From: an uncultured Eubacteriales bacterium | GTDB taxonomy: Bacteria > Bacillota > Clostridia > UBA1381 > UMGS1253 | Length of the DNA: 44,380 nt | Direction: 5' to 3' | Assembly: GCA_900550065.1 (NCBI GenBank) | Contig: URQR01000001.1 | Location: forward strand, 1 to 44,380 | Shown here: positions 9,232-17,636 of the stretch, in pieces | Numbering within the stretch: position 1 is the stretch's first letter | Layout: the number at the start of each line of letters is the position of its first letter | Position numbers and translations under genes: made by a program | Notes under the pieces: generated by a model | Database searches by the model: none | Seen by the model: only the letters and a program-made list of their open reading frames with translations | Told to the model about the DNA's origin: nothing

Positions 9232-9258
9232 TAAAATAAAAGGCCACAAAGTGGCCCT
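9232..9258 (-). terminator. hairpin plus T-tract directly after the rpmH stop (attenuator or partial terminator before rnpA)
   Basis: Minus strand reads GGGCCAC-TTT-GTGGCC followed by TTTTATTTT. Confidence 0.5.
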
Positions 9259-9393
9259 TTACGCTGACAATTTTTTTCTACCCTTAAGTCTTCTTCTAGC
9301 CAGAACTTTTCTGCCGTTGGCAGTGCTCATTCTTTTTCTGAAACCGTGAACCTTACTTCTCTGTCTCTTCTTAGGCTGGTATGTTCTAAGCAT
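9259..9393 (-). CDS. rpmH: 50S ribosomal protein L34
   Basis: [44 protein letters not shown], 44 aa. CAGGAGGTG RBS. The longer ORF-track version is an upstream read-through. Confidence 0.95.
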   Translation of the reverse strand: MLRTYQPKKRQRSKVHGFRKRMSTANGRKVLARRRLKGRKKLSA

Positions 9394-9487
9394 TCTTTTA
9401 CACCTCCTGCAAGCTATTTGAAAGCAGACGAAAAACCATCTGCAAATACGCATGATAATCCGACCCGATTTTACGGATACGGTAAAT

Positions 9488-9516
9488 ATTATACATAGTT
9501 TGCCCCGTAATGTCAA
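9488..9516 (-). promoter_or_regulatory. consensus sigma-A promoter for rpmH-rnpA
   Basis: Minus strand reads TTGACA, a 17-nt spacer, then TATAAT. It sits about 95 nt upstream of the rpmH ATG. Confidence 0.6.
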
Positions 9517-9607
9517 GCTTTTTTTGATTTGTTCCGGTAAATGTTGTACATGTACCAATATGTGGGGAAAACAATAGAAGACATACAAGATACAGAACGG
9601 TCTAAGC

Positions 9608-9637
9608 AAAAAAGGAGCCGACAGCCCGGCCCCTTTT
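9608..9637 (-). terminator. rho-independent terminator after ORF 9648..9983
   Basis: Minus strand: GGGGCCG-GGCTGT-CGGCTCC (one G-U pair) followed by TTTTTT. Confidence 0.5.
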
Positions 9638-9647
9638 GAATATTAGA

Positions 9648-9983
9648 TTATCCAATTATAAACTCGTTGCCCAGCTCATATACTTCCTCTTCCCATTCAT
9701 ACATCCTGTCGCTGACAATGTCGAGGAGCGTCGTTGGCGTAACAACATTTTTGAAAAGCGCGTCAATCAATTCTAACACGAGCACTTTTTCACAGCTGAG
9801 CATTGGCGCCGCTTTGCGCTCAATGACTTCGCCCGACCTTAAGACGACTTCAACGCCGTAACTGCATATGCCGATCCCGTTTTCTGAGACAATTTCCTCT
9901 TCTGTCAGGAAATAATCGAGAAAGAAGGACTCGTCGGATAGCATGTTCATTTGTTTCGTTGTTGTTACAAGGACCTTGTTCAT
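9648..9983 (-). CDS. hypothetical small acidic protein (resembles the clostridial DUF6514-type family)
   Basis: 111-aa ORF with a GGGGGAG RBS and its own terminator. No catalytic motif recognised; the family assignment is from memory only. Confidence 0.55.
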   Translation of the reverse strand: MNKVLVTTTKQMNMLSDESFFLDYFLTEEEIVSENGIGICSYGVEVVLRSGEVIERKAAPMLSCEKVLVLELIDALFKNVVTPTTLLDIVSDRMYEWEEEVYELGNEFIIG

Positions 9984-10448
9984 TTGATTGACTCCCCCAC
10001 ATGAGATTTTACTAAAATTTTTTCAAATTTGTTATTTATAATAAAACAAGTCGCACAATTTGTGGAAAATGATTACAGGTTGAATGCTTTTGTTTTATTA
10101 TTATATTACAGTCCTGTTGCATATGCATTACAGAACTATTATAGCAATTATATGTAAGGTTGAAAAGTGGATTTGGTTGCTAAAATTCGACATAAATAGA
10201 CACAATATAGATAAAAACAGTACCCAAAGTATGATTATGAGAATACATGCATGAATATAATTGGAATTGCTCAAGAAAAATGTCGAAAAATGGCGATCAA
10301 ATTATAGCTATTTTTAATAAGAAGCAACACAAAGACGAAAAAATCAAACGAGATAGGGGATTATAGCAGATTTTAAATAAAAAATATGTGTCTCTATGGC
10401 TTATAACGCAAGCTGGATAGGTGTGCGGAAGTTTTTTACTGATAAGGC

Positions 10449-10477
10449 TTGAAAATGGTGCCTGAAAGGTGTATATT
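10449..10477 (+). promoter_or_regulatory. putative sigma-A promoter for the ACT/UPF0210 pair
   Basis: TTGAAA, a 17-nt spacer, then TATATT, about 50 nt upstream of the ACT gene start. Confidence 0.45.
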
Positions 10478-10528
10478 AAGGAGTATAAATAAGGGAAGCA
10501 GACGCTTTTAATAATGAGGAGAGATGAA

Positions 10529-10798
10529 ATGAAGGCAGTTATCACAGTAATTGGGCACGATAGGGTAGGGATTATAGCCACGGTATCGAATATTTTGGCT
10601 GCGGCAAAAATCAATATACTTGATATTTCCCAGACGATTATGCAGAATATGTTTACTATGATCATGCTTGTCAATATCGAGCAATGTACGGAAAGCTTCG
10701 ACGCAATTGCAAAAAAGCTGGAGGCCGCGGGTGAGGATATGGGTTTATCTATCCGGATTCAGCATGAAGATATTTTTAATTCTATGCACAGAATTTAA
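10529..10798 (+). CDS. ACT domain-containing protein (UPF0237 family)
   Basis: MKAVITVIGHDRVGIIATVSNILA..NILDISQT..FTMIMLV is the typical UPF0237 ACT pattern. GAGGAG RBS 7 nt upstream. Confidence 0.85.
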   Translation: MKAVITVIGHDRVGIIATVSNILAAAKINILDISQTIMQNMFTMIMLVNIEQCTESFDAIAKKLEAAGEDMGLSIRIQHEDIFNSMHRI

Positions 10799-10907
10799 CG
10801 GCAGGCGCTAAAAATTGTACGGCCCGCCGAAAGGACTGCGCGGGGCGCCGGTAGGCGTCCTTTGCTGCATATGGCGATTAATTTATAGAAAGGCTGATAG
10901 GACGGTT

Positions 10908-12272
10908 ATGCTCAATAAGTTTGAAATTATAGAAACAATTAAAATGTTTGACGAGGAGCACCTCGATGTACGGACAATTACGATGGGGATATCGTTAAAA
11001 GACTGCGCGGACCCAGACATAGACAAGATGTGTGAAAAGGTATACACGAAAATTACGACGCTCGCAAAAGACCTCGTGAAAACGGGCGAGGATATCGAGC
11101 GCGAGTATGGTATACCGATTATTAACAAGCGGATTTCCGTTACGCCTGCGTCGAATTTGTGCGAGCACGCGGCTTCTATAGACGACTGTGTCAAAATTGC
11201 AAAAACGCTTGACCGTGCGGCAAAGGAAACGGGCGTTAATTTTATCGGCGGATATTCGGCGCTGGTTCATAAGCATTATACAAAGGGCGACCGGATGCTG
11301 ATTGCGTCGATTCCGGAGGCGCTCGCCGTAACGGAGCGCGTCTGCTCGAGCGTCAATGTTGCGACGACGCGTGCGGGTATCAATATGGATGCGGTAAAAC
11401 AAATGGGGCAGATTATTAAGGATGCGGCGCAGCGTACGGAAGAGTCGGGAGGCTTTGCGTGTGCAAAGCTCGTTGTATTTGCCAATGCGGTGGAGGATAA
11501 CCCGTTTATGGCCGGCGCGTTCCACGGCAGCGGCGAGGGCGAGTGCGTTATCAACGTGGGTGTCAGCGGGCCGGGCGTAGTAAAGTGTGCGCTTGAAAAG
11601 ATTGGGCCGGAGGCCGACTTTGAGCTGGTCGCTGAAACGGTGAAAAAGACGGCGTTTAAAATTACGCGCATGGGCCAGCTCGTGGCAAAGGAAGCGTCGC
11701 GCCGGCTCGGCGTACCGTATGGCATTGTGGACTTGTCGCTCGCGCCGACACCGGCGGTCGGCGACAGTGTGGCATATATATTAGAAGAGATGGGCTTGGA
11801 AAAGTGCGGTGCGCACGGCACAACGGCTGCGCTTGCGCTTTTAAACGATGCGGTAAAAAAGGGCGGCGTTATGGCGTCGAGCTATGTCGGCGGCCTGTCG
11901 GGCGCGTTTATTCCGGTCAGCGAGGACGCAGGCATGATTGCAGCGGCACAATGCGGCGCGCTTTCGCTTGAAAAGTTGGAGGCAATGACGTGCGTGTGCT
12001 CGGTTGGGCTCGATATGATTGTTGTTCCCGGCGACACGAGCGCGGCGACCCTGTCGGCGATTATTGCAGACGAGGCCGCAATCGGTGTGGTCAATAACAA
12101 GACGACTGCGGTGCGTATTATCCCCGCGCCGGGCAAGACGATTGGAGACATGGTGGAGTTTGGCGGCCTTTTGGGGAGCGGACCGGTAATGCGCGTAAGC
12201 GAGTACGGCTCGGAGACGTTTATTGGCCGCGGCGGGCGGATTCCCGCGCCGCTACACAGCCTAAAAAACTAA
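10908..12272 (+). CDS. UPF0210 / DUF711 family protein
   Basis: [28 protein letters not shown] and [12 protein letters not shown] closely match the conserved UPF0210 N-terminus. Start is the ATG at 10908. Confidence 0.9.
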   Translation: MLNKFEIIETIKMFDEEHLDVRTITMGISLKDCADPDIDKMCEKVYTKITTLAKDLVKTGEDIEREYGIPIINKRISVTPASNLCEHAASIDDCVKIAKTLDRAAKETGVNFIGGYSALVHKHYTKGDRMLIASIPEALAVTERVCSSVNVATTRAGINMDAVKQMGQIIKDAAQRTEESGGFACAKLVVFANAVEDNPFMAGAFHGSGEGECVINVGVSGPGVVKCALEKIGPEADFELVAETVKKTAFKITRMGQLVAKEASRRLGVPYGIVDLSLAPTPAVGDSVAYILEEMGLEKCGAHGTTAALALLNDAVKKGGVMASSYVGGLSGAFIPVSEDAGMIAAAQCGALSLEKLEAMTCVCSVGLDMIVVPGDTSAATLSAIIADEAAIGVVNNKTTAVRIIPAPGKTIGDMVEFGGLLGSGPVMRVSEYGSETFIGRGGRIPAPLHSLKN

Positions 12273-12304
12273 ATAAATGAAGTAAGAGGAAAGGGGCGTT
12301 TGGC

Positions 12305-12571
12305 ATGATTACGGTTTTTAACAGGAGTTGTTGCTTTACAGGAGTTGACCTTGCACAATTTTCAGAGGCGCGCGGGGTGTTGGACGAAAACAAGATTCCG
12401 TATAAGTGTAAAATGCGGAGTCAGTCGGGCCCCTTTACACCACAGGCGGCTAACAGAGCGACGACGGAGTTCGGCGGTTCGGCGGGTGTGTTTGTGCAGT
12501 ATGAGATTTTTGTTCATAGACAGGATGAGGCCAAAGCACGCCATTTGATTAAAACGGGTCATACTTCTTAG
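12305..12571 (+). CDS. small hypothetical protein, paralog A (possibly DUF2007-like)
   Basis: Starts MITVFNRSCCFTGVDL...NKIPYKCK and ends YEIFVHRQDEAKARHLI. GAGGAAAGGGG RBS. Same start and layout as the next ORF. Confidence 0.55.
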   Translation: MITVFNRSCCFTGVDLAQFSEARGVLDENKIPYKCKMRSQSGPFTPQAANRATTEFGGSAGVFVQYEIFVHRQDEAKARHLIKTGHTS

Positions 12572-12599
12572 TTTTTTGGGTATAAATACGCGAGCGTGG

Positions 12600-12627
12600 A
12601 CGCTTTGCACGACGGTGTGCAAAGCGT
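12600..12627 (+). other. 11-bp perfect hairpin between the two paralogs
   Basis: acgctttgcac-gacggt-gtgcaaagcgt. There is no following T-tract. Confidence 0.4.
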
Positions 12628-12649
12628 GCCCTTGCATGGGGGTAGAAAA

Positions 12650-12922
12650 ATGATTACAGTATTTAATAGGGCGTGCGTCTATACCGGCTTTGATATGAAA
12701 GCTTTTGCGGATATTCGCGCCGTTTTGGAGCAAAATAACATTCCATACCGGTATAAGCTGCGCACACGGACGGGGCAGTGGACGCCGGACGGGACGATTC
12801 GCGCTCATGCGGGCAGCTATGGAGAAAATGCATCCTCTTCAACGGAGTATGCGGTCTATGTCCAAAAAAGTCAGGCGGAGCAGGCACAGGTATTAATTGG
12901 CGCCCCGCGGGAAATTATATAA
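12650..12922 (+). CDS. small hypothetical protein, paralog B
   Basis: Starts MITVFNRACVYTGFDM...NNIPYRYK and ends YAVYVQKSQAEQAQVLI. ATG at 12650 follows GGGGGTAG. Confidence 0.55.
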   Translation: MITVFNRACVYTGFDMKAFADIRAVLEQNNIPYRYKLRTRTGQWTPDGTIRAHAGSYGENASSSTEYAVYVQKSQAEQAQVLIGAPREII

Positions 12923-12955
12923 TTGATAGCACGATAGCAAAGGCAGGTGGCGGCA

Positions 12956-13270
12956 ATGGATACGCTGATTAAAAGCATATTGCAGATTGAGTCCGACGCG
13001 CAAAAGCTCGTCGCGGAAGAGAAGGCGCGGCAGGCGCATTTTGAGCAGGACTGCGCGGACAAGCGCGCCCAAATGGAGCAGGAAATCGGCGGCCGCTGTG
13101 AGCGCCGCATGGCGCAGATGCGCGAGGCGGAGGAGGCGTACCGCGCCAGCGAAATCAGTAAAATCCGGTCAGAGGCGGAGGGGCGTCTGCGCGTACTTGA
13201 GGCGCATTATGAAGAAAGCAAGGGCGAATGGGTGCGCCGGCTCGTCGGCAATATAGTAGGCGGTGAGTGA
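12956..13270 (+). CDS. V-type ATPase peripheral-stalk coiled-coil subunit (G/H-like)
   Basis: 104-aa charged coiled-coil protein. It is the first gene of the V-ATPase cluster. Confidence 0.6.
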   Translation: MDTLIKSILQIESDAQKLVAEEKARQAHFEQDCADKRAQMEQEIGGRCERRMAQMREAEEAYRASEISKIRSEAEGRLRVLEAHYEESKGEWVRRLVGNIVGGE

Positions 13271-13272
13271 CG

Positions 13273-14274
13273 ATGGGTGTGACGGCTTATTCCGCGCTGC
13301 AGGCAAAGACAGCCGCAATGCGCGCCAAGCACCTGAGTGCGGCGCAGTATGACGAATTGAAGGGTAAGACAAGCGTAAGCGAGGCGGTTGCCTATTTAAA
13401 GTATAACACGGTCTATGCACCGCTTTTAGAGCATGTGAGCGAGCGGACACTGCACCGCGGCGATTTAGAGCGGCTGTTAGACAGTTATTTGCAGTCAGAG
13501 GTGCAAAAGCTTTACAGTTTTTGCAGCGACAGCCAAAAACAGATTTTATCCTATACGTATGTCCGGTATGAAATCGGGATTTTAAAGCGTATTTTGCGCG
13601 CGCTTTATGCGGGCAAAACGATTGAGATTACGTTTGACACAGACGGTTTTTTCGCGGGGAAGCTGTCGTTTGACCCGGCCGCCGCGGCGCAGGCGGGCTC
13701 TGAGCGGGAGCTGTTGGCTGCCCTAAAAAACACGCCGTACTACGAGGTGCTCGCGCCGCCGCTTAGCTCCGGTGCGGATTTGTTTGTGGCGGAGTCGGCG
13801 CTTGACGTATATTATTTTAAATATGCGTGGCGCATGAAGGGCAAGGCGCTGAAGGGCAAAGACAAGAAGATGATTGAGGAGTCGTTCGGCAGCGAAATCG
13901 ACATGAAAAATCTGTGCTGGATATACCGCCAAAAACGGTATTACAATATGCCGGGCGAGCTGATTTTTGCAACAATTATTCCAATTCATTATAAAATCCC
14001 GCGCGAGGCGCTGATTGAGATGATTCGTACGCCGGATGCGGACAGCTTTGTCGCGCTGGCGCGGCAAACGCGCTATGCACGCCTGTTCGACGGCCTTGAC
14101 AGCCGGTTTATTGAGCAAAACTACGACGAGATGGTGATGGCGCGGATGCGTAAGCTGATGCAGGCCGACCCGTTTTCGATTGCGTGTCTGATTGGATATA
14201 CACATTTTTTGGAAAGTGAAATTGCAAGGATTGTAACCGCGGTGGAATGTATCCGCTACGGGACGCACATATAA
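13273..14274 (+). CDS. ntpC: V-type ATP synthase subunit C (V0 d-subunit homolog)
   Basis: About 333 aa and helical. The position in the operon and the N-terminus YSALQAKTAAMRAKHLS...L fit subunit C. An in-frame GTG at 13267 is an alternative start. Confidence 0.8.
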   Translation: MGVTAYSALQAKTAAMRAKHLSAAQYDELKGKTSVSEAVAYLKYNTVYAPLLEHVSERTLHRGDLERLLDSYLQSEVQKLYSFCSDSQKQILSYTYVRYEIGILKRILRALYAGKTIEITFDTDGFFAGKLSFDPAAAAQAGSERELLAALKNTPYYEVLAPPLSSGADLFVAESALDVYYFKYAWRMKGKALKGKDKKMIEESFGSEIDMKNLCWIYRQKRYYNMPGELIFATIIPIHYKIPREALIEMIRTPDADSFVALARQTRYARLFDGLDSRFIEQNYDEMVMARMRKLMQADPFSIACLIGYTHFLESEIARIVTAVECIRYGTHI

Positions 14275-14307
14275 ATTCAGTTTCGCTGTGTGAAAGGAGG
14301 CTTTCGG

Positions 14308-16203
14308 ATGGCAATTGCGAAAATGAATCTGGTCAATATCATCGGCAGGGCGGACGACTTTGACCGGGTTTGCGCAAAATATTTGCTGGACTGCGATATG
14401 CATATTGAAAATGCAGTTGGCGCGCTTGACAATATTGCCGGGCTTACGCCGTACAGCGACGAGGATTCGTATTCTGACCTGATTGCGCGCGTAGAGGCCG
14501 TCTACAACCGCGCTGGGTTTTGCCCTACCGTGCTGCCGGATGCGGACGCACTGCCGTGCGGCGGAGCGGACTACGAACAAACGCTGGCGCAAATCAATGA
14601 CAAAATGCTTGCGCTGGAGGAAGAACGCGAGTCGCTTGAGCGGCAGATACACGAAAACGAACGTGTTATTTCACAGCTTAAACCGCTTTTGTCAATTGAC
14701 AATGTAGACGTGGACAGCTTTTTTCACTTCGACTTTGTGAAGTTCCGGTTTGGGCGTATGCCGAAAAAGAGTATGCAGACGCTTAGCGGCTACCTCTACG
14801 ATATCGACGCGTTTTTTATCCAGACGAGCGAAGATAGCGACTACATTTGGGGAATGTACTTTATGCCCGCGCTGCTGGAGGAAAAGATTGACGGCGTGTT
14901 TGCGTCGCTCTATTTTGAGCGGACGCGTATCTCGGACAAGGCGCATGGCACAGCGAAGGAAGCGACCGTGACGTTGGAGCTGGAAAATGAGCGGCTGGGC
15001 AAACGACGGGAAAAGATTGACAACGAGGTGAAGTCGATTCTTGACCAAGACCTTCGTGAGCTCAATGTAATCTATTCAGCCCTGCTGCTCGGGCGGCGGG
15101 TTGGCGAGATCAAACGCTACGCAGCGCACACGAAGGATTCGTTTTATGTGGTGGCGTGGATGGACAATGCACAGGCAGATCGGCTGATGCGCGCGGTGAA
15201 AAGCGAGGACAGTGTCGTCATCGTGACGGAAAAGCCGGAAACGGTCGACAAGGTTAAGCCGCCGACGCGGCTGAAAAACAGTGTGCTTGTCCGCCCGTTC
15301 GAGCTGTTTGTACGTATGTACGGCACGCCGGGCTACAACGAGATTGACCCGACAGGGATTGTCGCGCTCACGTACTTTCTGATGTTCGGAATTATGTTCG
15401 GCGATGTGGGGCAAGGGCTTCTTATTATGATTGTTGGGTTTTTGTTTGGCAGGCTCAAAAAATCGAGCCTCGGCAACATTATCGGCATTGTCGGAATTTC
15501 GTCGACGATTTTTGGCTTCGTTTACGGCTCGGTTTTCGGATACGAGGACATATTGCCCGCGCTGATTCACCCGATGGAGAAGATGAATTTTATGCTGATT
15601 GCCGCAGTCGCGCTCGGCGCGGTGATTATTGCGTTTGCAATGGTTTTAAATATTATTAATGCGGTGAAGTCAAAGGACGCCGGACGGGCGATTTTCTCGC
15701 AGAACGGGCTCGCCGGTCTGATATTTTACTTTGCGGCGATTGTAGCGGGGCTTAGCATGTTCCTAAACTTTGGGATCCAGATTGCACCGTGGCTGATTGG
15801 GATATCAATCGGCGTGCCGCTTCTGATGATTTTTGTGCAGGAACCGCTCTCTATGCTGATAGAGAAGAAAAAGGACTGGATGCCGGAAAAGAAGGGCATG
15901 TTCATAGTCGAAAAGTTTTTTGAGCTGTTTGAAATATTACTCAGCTTTATCACCAACACGATGTCGTTTATCCGTGTCGGCGCGTTTGCACTAAACCATG
16001 TCGGGATGATGAGCGTTGTGTTCCTGTTGTCGGATATGGCGCAGGGGGGCAGTATTGTGGTGCAGGTGCTCGGCAACCTGTTGGTTATTGGGCTTGAAGG
16101 CCTGATTGTCGGGATTCAGGTGCTGCGCCTTGAGTATTATGAAATGTTTTCACGGTTTTTCGTTGGGGATGGGAAAGAGTTCCAAAATATTAATCAAAAG
16201 TAA
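14308..16203 (+). CDS. ntpI: V-type ATP synthase subunit I (stator a-subunit)
   Basis: MAIAKMNLVNIIG N-terminus, a soluble coiled-coil half plus a multi-TM half, and the conserved FIRVGAFALNH and LRLEYYE motifs. AAAGGAGG RBS 7 nt upstream of the ATG. Confidence 0.9.
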   Translation: MAIAKMNLVNIIGRADDFDRVCAKYLLDCDMHIENAVGALDNIAGLTPYSDEDSYSDLIARVEAVYNRAGFCPTVLPDADALPCGGADYEQTLAQINDKMLALEEERESLERQIHENERVISQLKPLLSIDNVDVDSFFHFDFVKFRFGRMPKKSMQTLSGYLYDIDAFFIQTSEDSDYIWGMYFMPALLEEKIDGVFASLYFERTRISDKAHGTAKEATVTLELENERLGKRREKIDNEVKSILDQDLRELNVIYSALLLGRRVGEIKRYAAHTKDSFYVVAWMDNAQADRLMRAVKSEDSVVIVTEKPETVDKVKPPTRLKNSVLVRPFELFVRMYGTPGYNEIDPTGIVALTYFLMFGIMFGDVGQGLLIMIVGFLFGRLKKSSLGNIIGIVGISSTIFGFVYGSVFGYEDILPALIHPMEKMNFMLIAAVALGAVIIAFAMVLNIINAVKSKDAGRAIFSQNGLAGLIFYFAAIVAGLSMFLNFGIQIAPWLIGISIGVPLLMIFVQEPLSMLIEKKKDWMPEKKGMFIVEKFFELFEILLSFITNTMSFIRVGAFALNHVGMMSVVFLLSDMAQGGSIVVQVLGNLLVIGLEGLIVGIQVLRLEYYEMFSRFFVGDGKEFQNINQK

Positions 16204-16217
16204 ACGGAGGGCTTGCA

Positions 16218-16637
16218 ATGTTAGTTACGATTACTTCCATCGCATTGATTTTAAGTGTGGCGGTGCCGCTTGCCGCGTATTTAAAAATGGGAAAAAAGCA
16301 CGGGAAGGGGCTGCTTGCCGCAAACGTGATTTCCTTTTTCTCAGTCGTGCTTGTAGCAACGGTGTGTGCGTTTAGCCCGTCGCCCGTTTTGGCGGACGCT
16401 GCGCCCGCGGCGGCAGCTGCGGCCGATAATGGAATGGCGTATCTTGCGGCGGCTTTGGTTACGGGGCTGGCCTGCATCGGCGCGGGTATCGCTGTTGCGG
16501 CGGCGGCAAGCGCCGCGCTCGGCGCAATCAGCGAAAACGACAAAATTATGGGTAAGGCGCTTATCTTCGTTGCGCTTGCGGAAGGTATCGCGCTCTATGG
16601 TCTGCTCGTTACATTCATGATTCTCGGCCGGATTTAG
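16218..16637 (+). CDS. ntpK: V-type ATP synthase subunit K (proteolipid) with an atypical N-terminal half
   Basis: The C-terminal hairpin GLACIGAGIAV...ALAEGIALYGLL carries the carboxylate Glu. The N-terminal two TM segments and Ala-rich linker are not c-subunit-like. GGAGGG RBS. Confidence 0.8.
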   Translation: MLVTITSIALILSVAVPLAAYLKMGKKHGKGLLAANVISFFSVVLVATVCAFSPSPVLADAAPAAAAAADNGMAYLAAALVTGLACIGAGIAVAAAASAALGAISENDKIMGKALIFVALAEGIALYGLLVTFMILGRI

Positions 16638-16649
16638 GAGGGCGCGCCT

Positions 16650-16958
16650 ATGAAGATGTATGTCATCAGCGACAATGTCGATACGCGCACAGGGATGCGC
16701 CTTGCCGGAATTGAGGGCTGTGTCGCGCACGGCGAGGCAGAGGTACGTGCCGCGCTCGACCGCGCGCTGGCGGACGAGCAGATTGCTGTTTTACTCATGA
16801 CGCAGAAGGCACAGCGCGACGCGGCGGCGTATGTGTCCGAGGTAAAGTTAACACATACGCGCCCGCTGATTGTGAGTATTCCGGACCGGCACGGGCTAGA
16901 CAAAAACCAGAACGCAATCACGGACTATATTAAAGACGCGATTGGATTAAAGCTATAG
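16650..16958 (+). CDS. ntpF: V-type ATP synthase subunit F
   Basis: 102 aa. MKMYVISD..TRTGMRLAGIEG pattern. Confidence 0.85.
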   Translation: MKMYVISDNVDTRTGMRLAGIEGCVAHGEAEVRAALDRALADEQIAVLLMTQKAQRDAAAYVSEVKLTHTRPLIVSIPDRHGLDKNQNAITDYIKDAIGLKL

Positions 16959-17015
16959 CCGGCGGGAAGCCAGAGGAACGGATAAAATTAACTATGCCGG
17001 AGCGGGGTGAAGCAT

Positions 17016-17621
17016 ATGGCGGCAAATAAAATCAACGATACTGCAAAGCTGCAAAGCTTTGCGCGCTACGTCACGAGCGACGCGGCGAAACAGCGCGCGG
17101 CGCTGGCGCGCGAACTGGACGAGCGCTGGGCGCGTATGGTGGACGAAACGGAGCTTGCGCTCTACGGGCAGGCGTACGAGAAGATTCAGCGCTGCCGGAC
17201 AGAACTGACACATGCGACGAACGAAGCGCTGAGCCGCGAAAAGCTATCGTGCAAACGGCGGCTGTCGGCACGGCGCAGCGAGATGATGGGAACCGTGCTG
17301 GAGACGGTGCGTACGGAGCTAACTACCTTTACTAAAAGCGCGGATTATTACCCGTGGCTGCTGCGCGCATCACGCGGCGCGGTTCGTGTGCTCGGAGAAG
17401 GAAATATTATTTTGTACCTGAACGGCACGGATGCGGCACATGTACAAAGGCTTGCCTCGGACACGGGGTGCCGGGTAGAGCTGCTCGCGCCTGCGCACGA
17501 CGTGCTCGGCGGCGTAAAGGCGGTCAACAGCGATACACATACGGCAGTGAACCGGACACTTGCCTCCATGCTGGAGGAGCAGCGGGAGGAGTTTTTAAGG
17601 TTTTGCAATCTTGGCATGTAA
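17016..17621 (+). CDS. ntpE: V-type ATP synthase subunit E
   Basis: About 200 aa with an N-terminal long helix and a C-terminal globular domain. Operon position fits. An in-frame GTG at 17007 is an alternative start. Confidence 0.75.
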   Translation: MAANKINDTAKLQSFARYVTSDAAKQRAALARELDERWARMVDETELALYGQAYEKIQRCRTELTHATNEALSREKLSCKRRLSARRSEMMGTVLETVRTELTTFTKSADYYPWLLRASRGAVRVLGEGNIILYLNGTDAAHVQRLASDTGCRVELLAPAHDVLGGVKAVNSDTHTAVNRTLASMLEEQREEFLRFCNLGM

Positions 17622-17636
17622 GGCGAGGTGGTAGCA

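Noticed and set aside
9394-9609. The upstream extension of the rpmH ORF (116-aa version).
   Set aside because: L34 is a 44-aa protein with its own RBS at 9393. The extension covers the mapped consensus promoter.
9984-10528. The AT-rich gap next to rpmH considered as the chromosomal origin (oriC).
   Set aside because: Only one near-consensus DnaA box (TGTGGAAAA) is present. There is no box array, no adjacent dnaA and no obvious AT-rich 13-mer-type repeats. It is kept as an unexplained non-coding region instead.
10297-10674. A 125-aa hydrophobic minus-strand ORF.
   Set aside because: It is antisense to the ACT-domain gene and extends into the AT-rich gap. Its Ile/Phe/Ser-rich composition is typical of AT-rich non-coding translation, and it has no RBS.
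13723-14652. A long (309-aa) antisense ORF. Similar long antisense ORFs occur at 17595-18371, 24853-25566, 39594-40358, 41025-41978 and 43325-44224.
   Set aside because: All lie opposite well-supported genes (V-ATPase subunits, the URO-D protein, the giant surface protein). Their Arg/His/Cys-rich, low-complexity composition is what stop-poor antisense frames in GC-rich coding DNA produce. None has an RBS.
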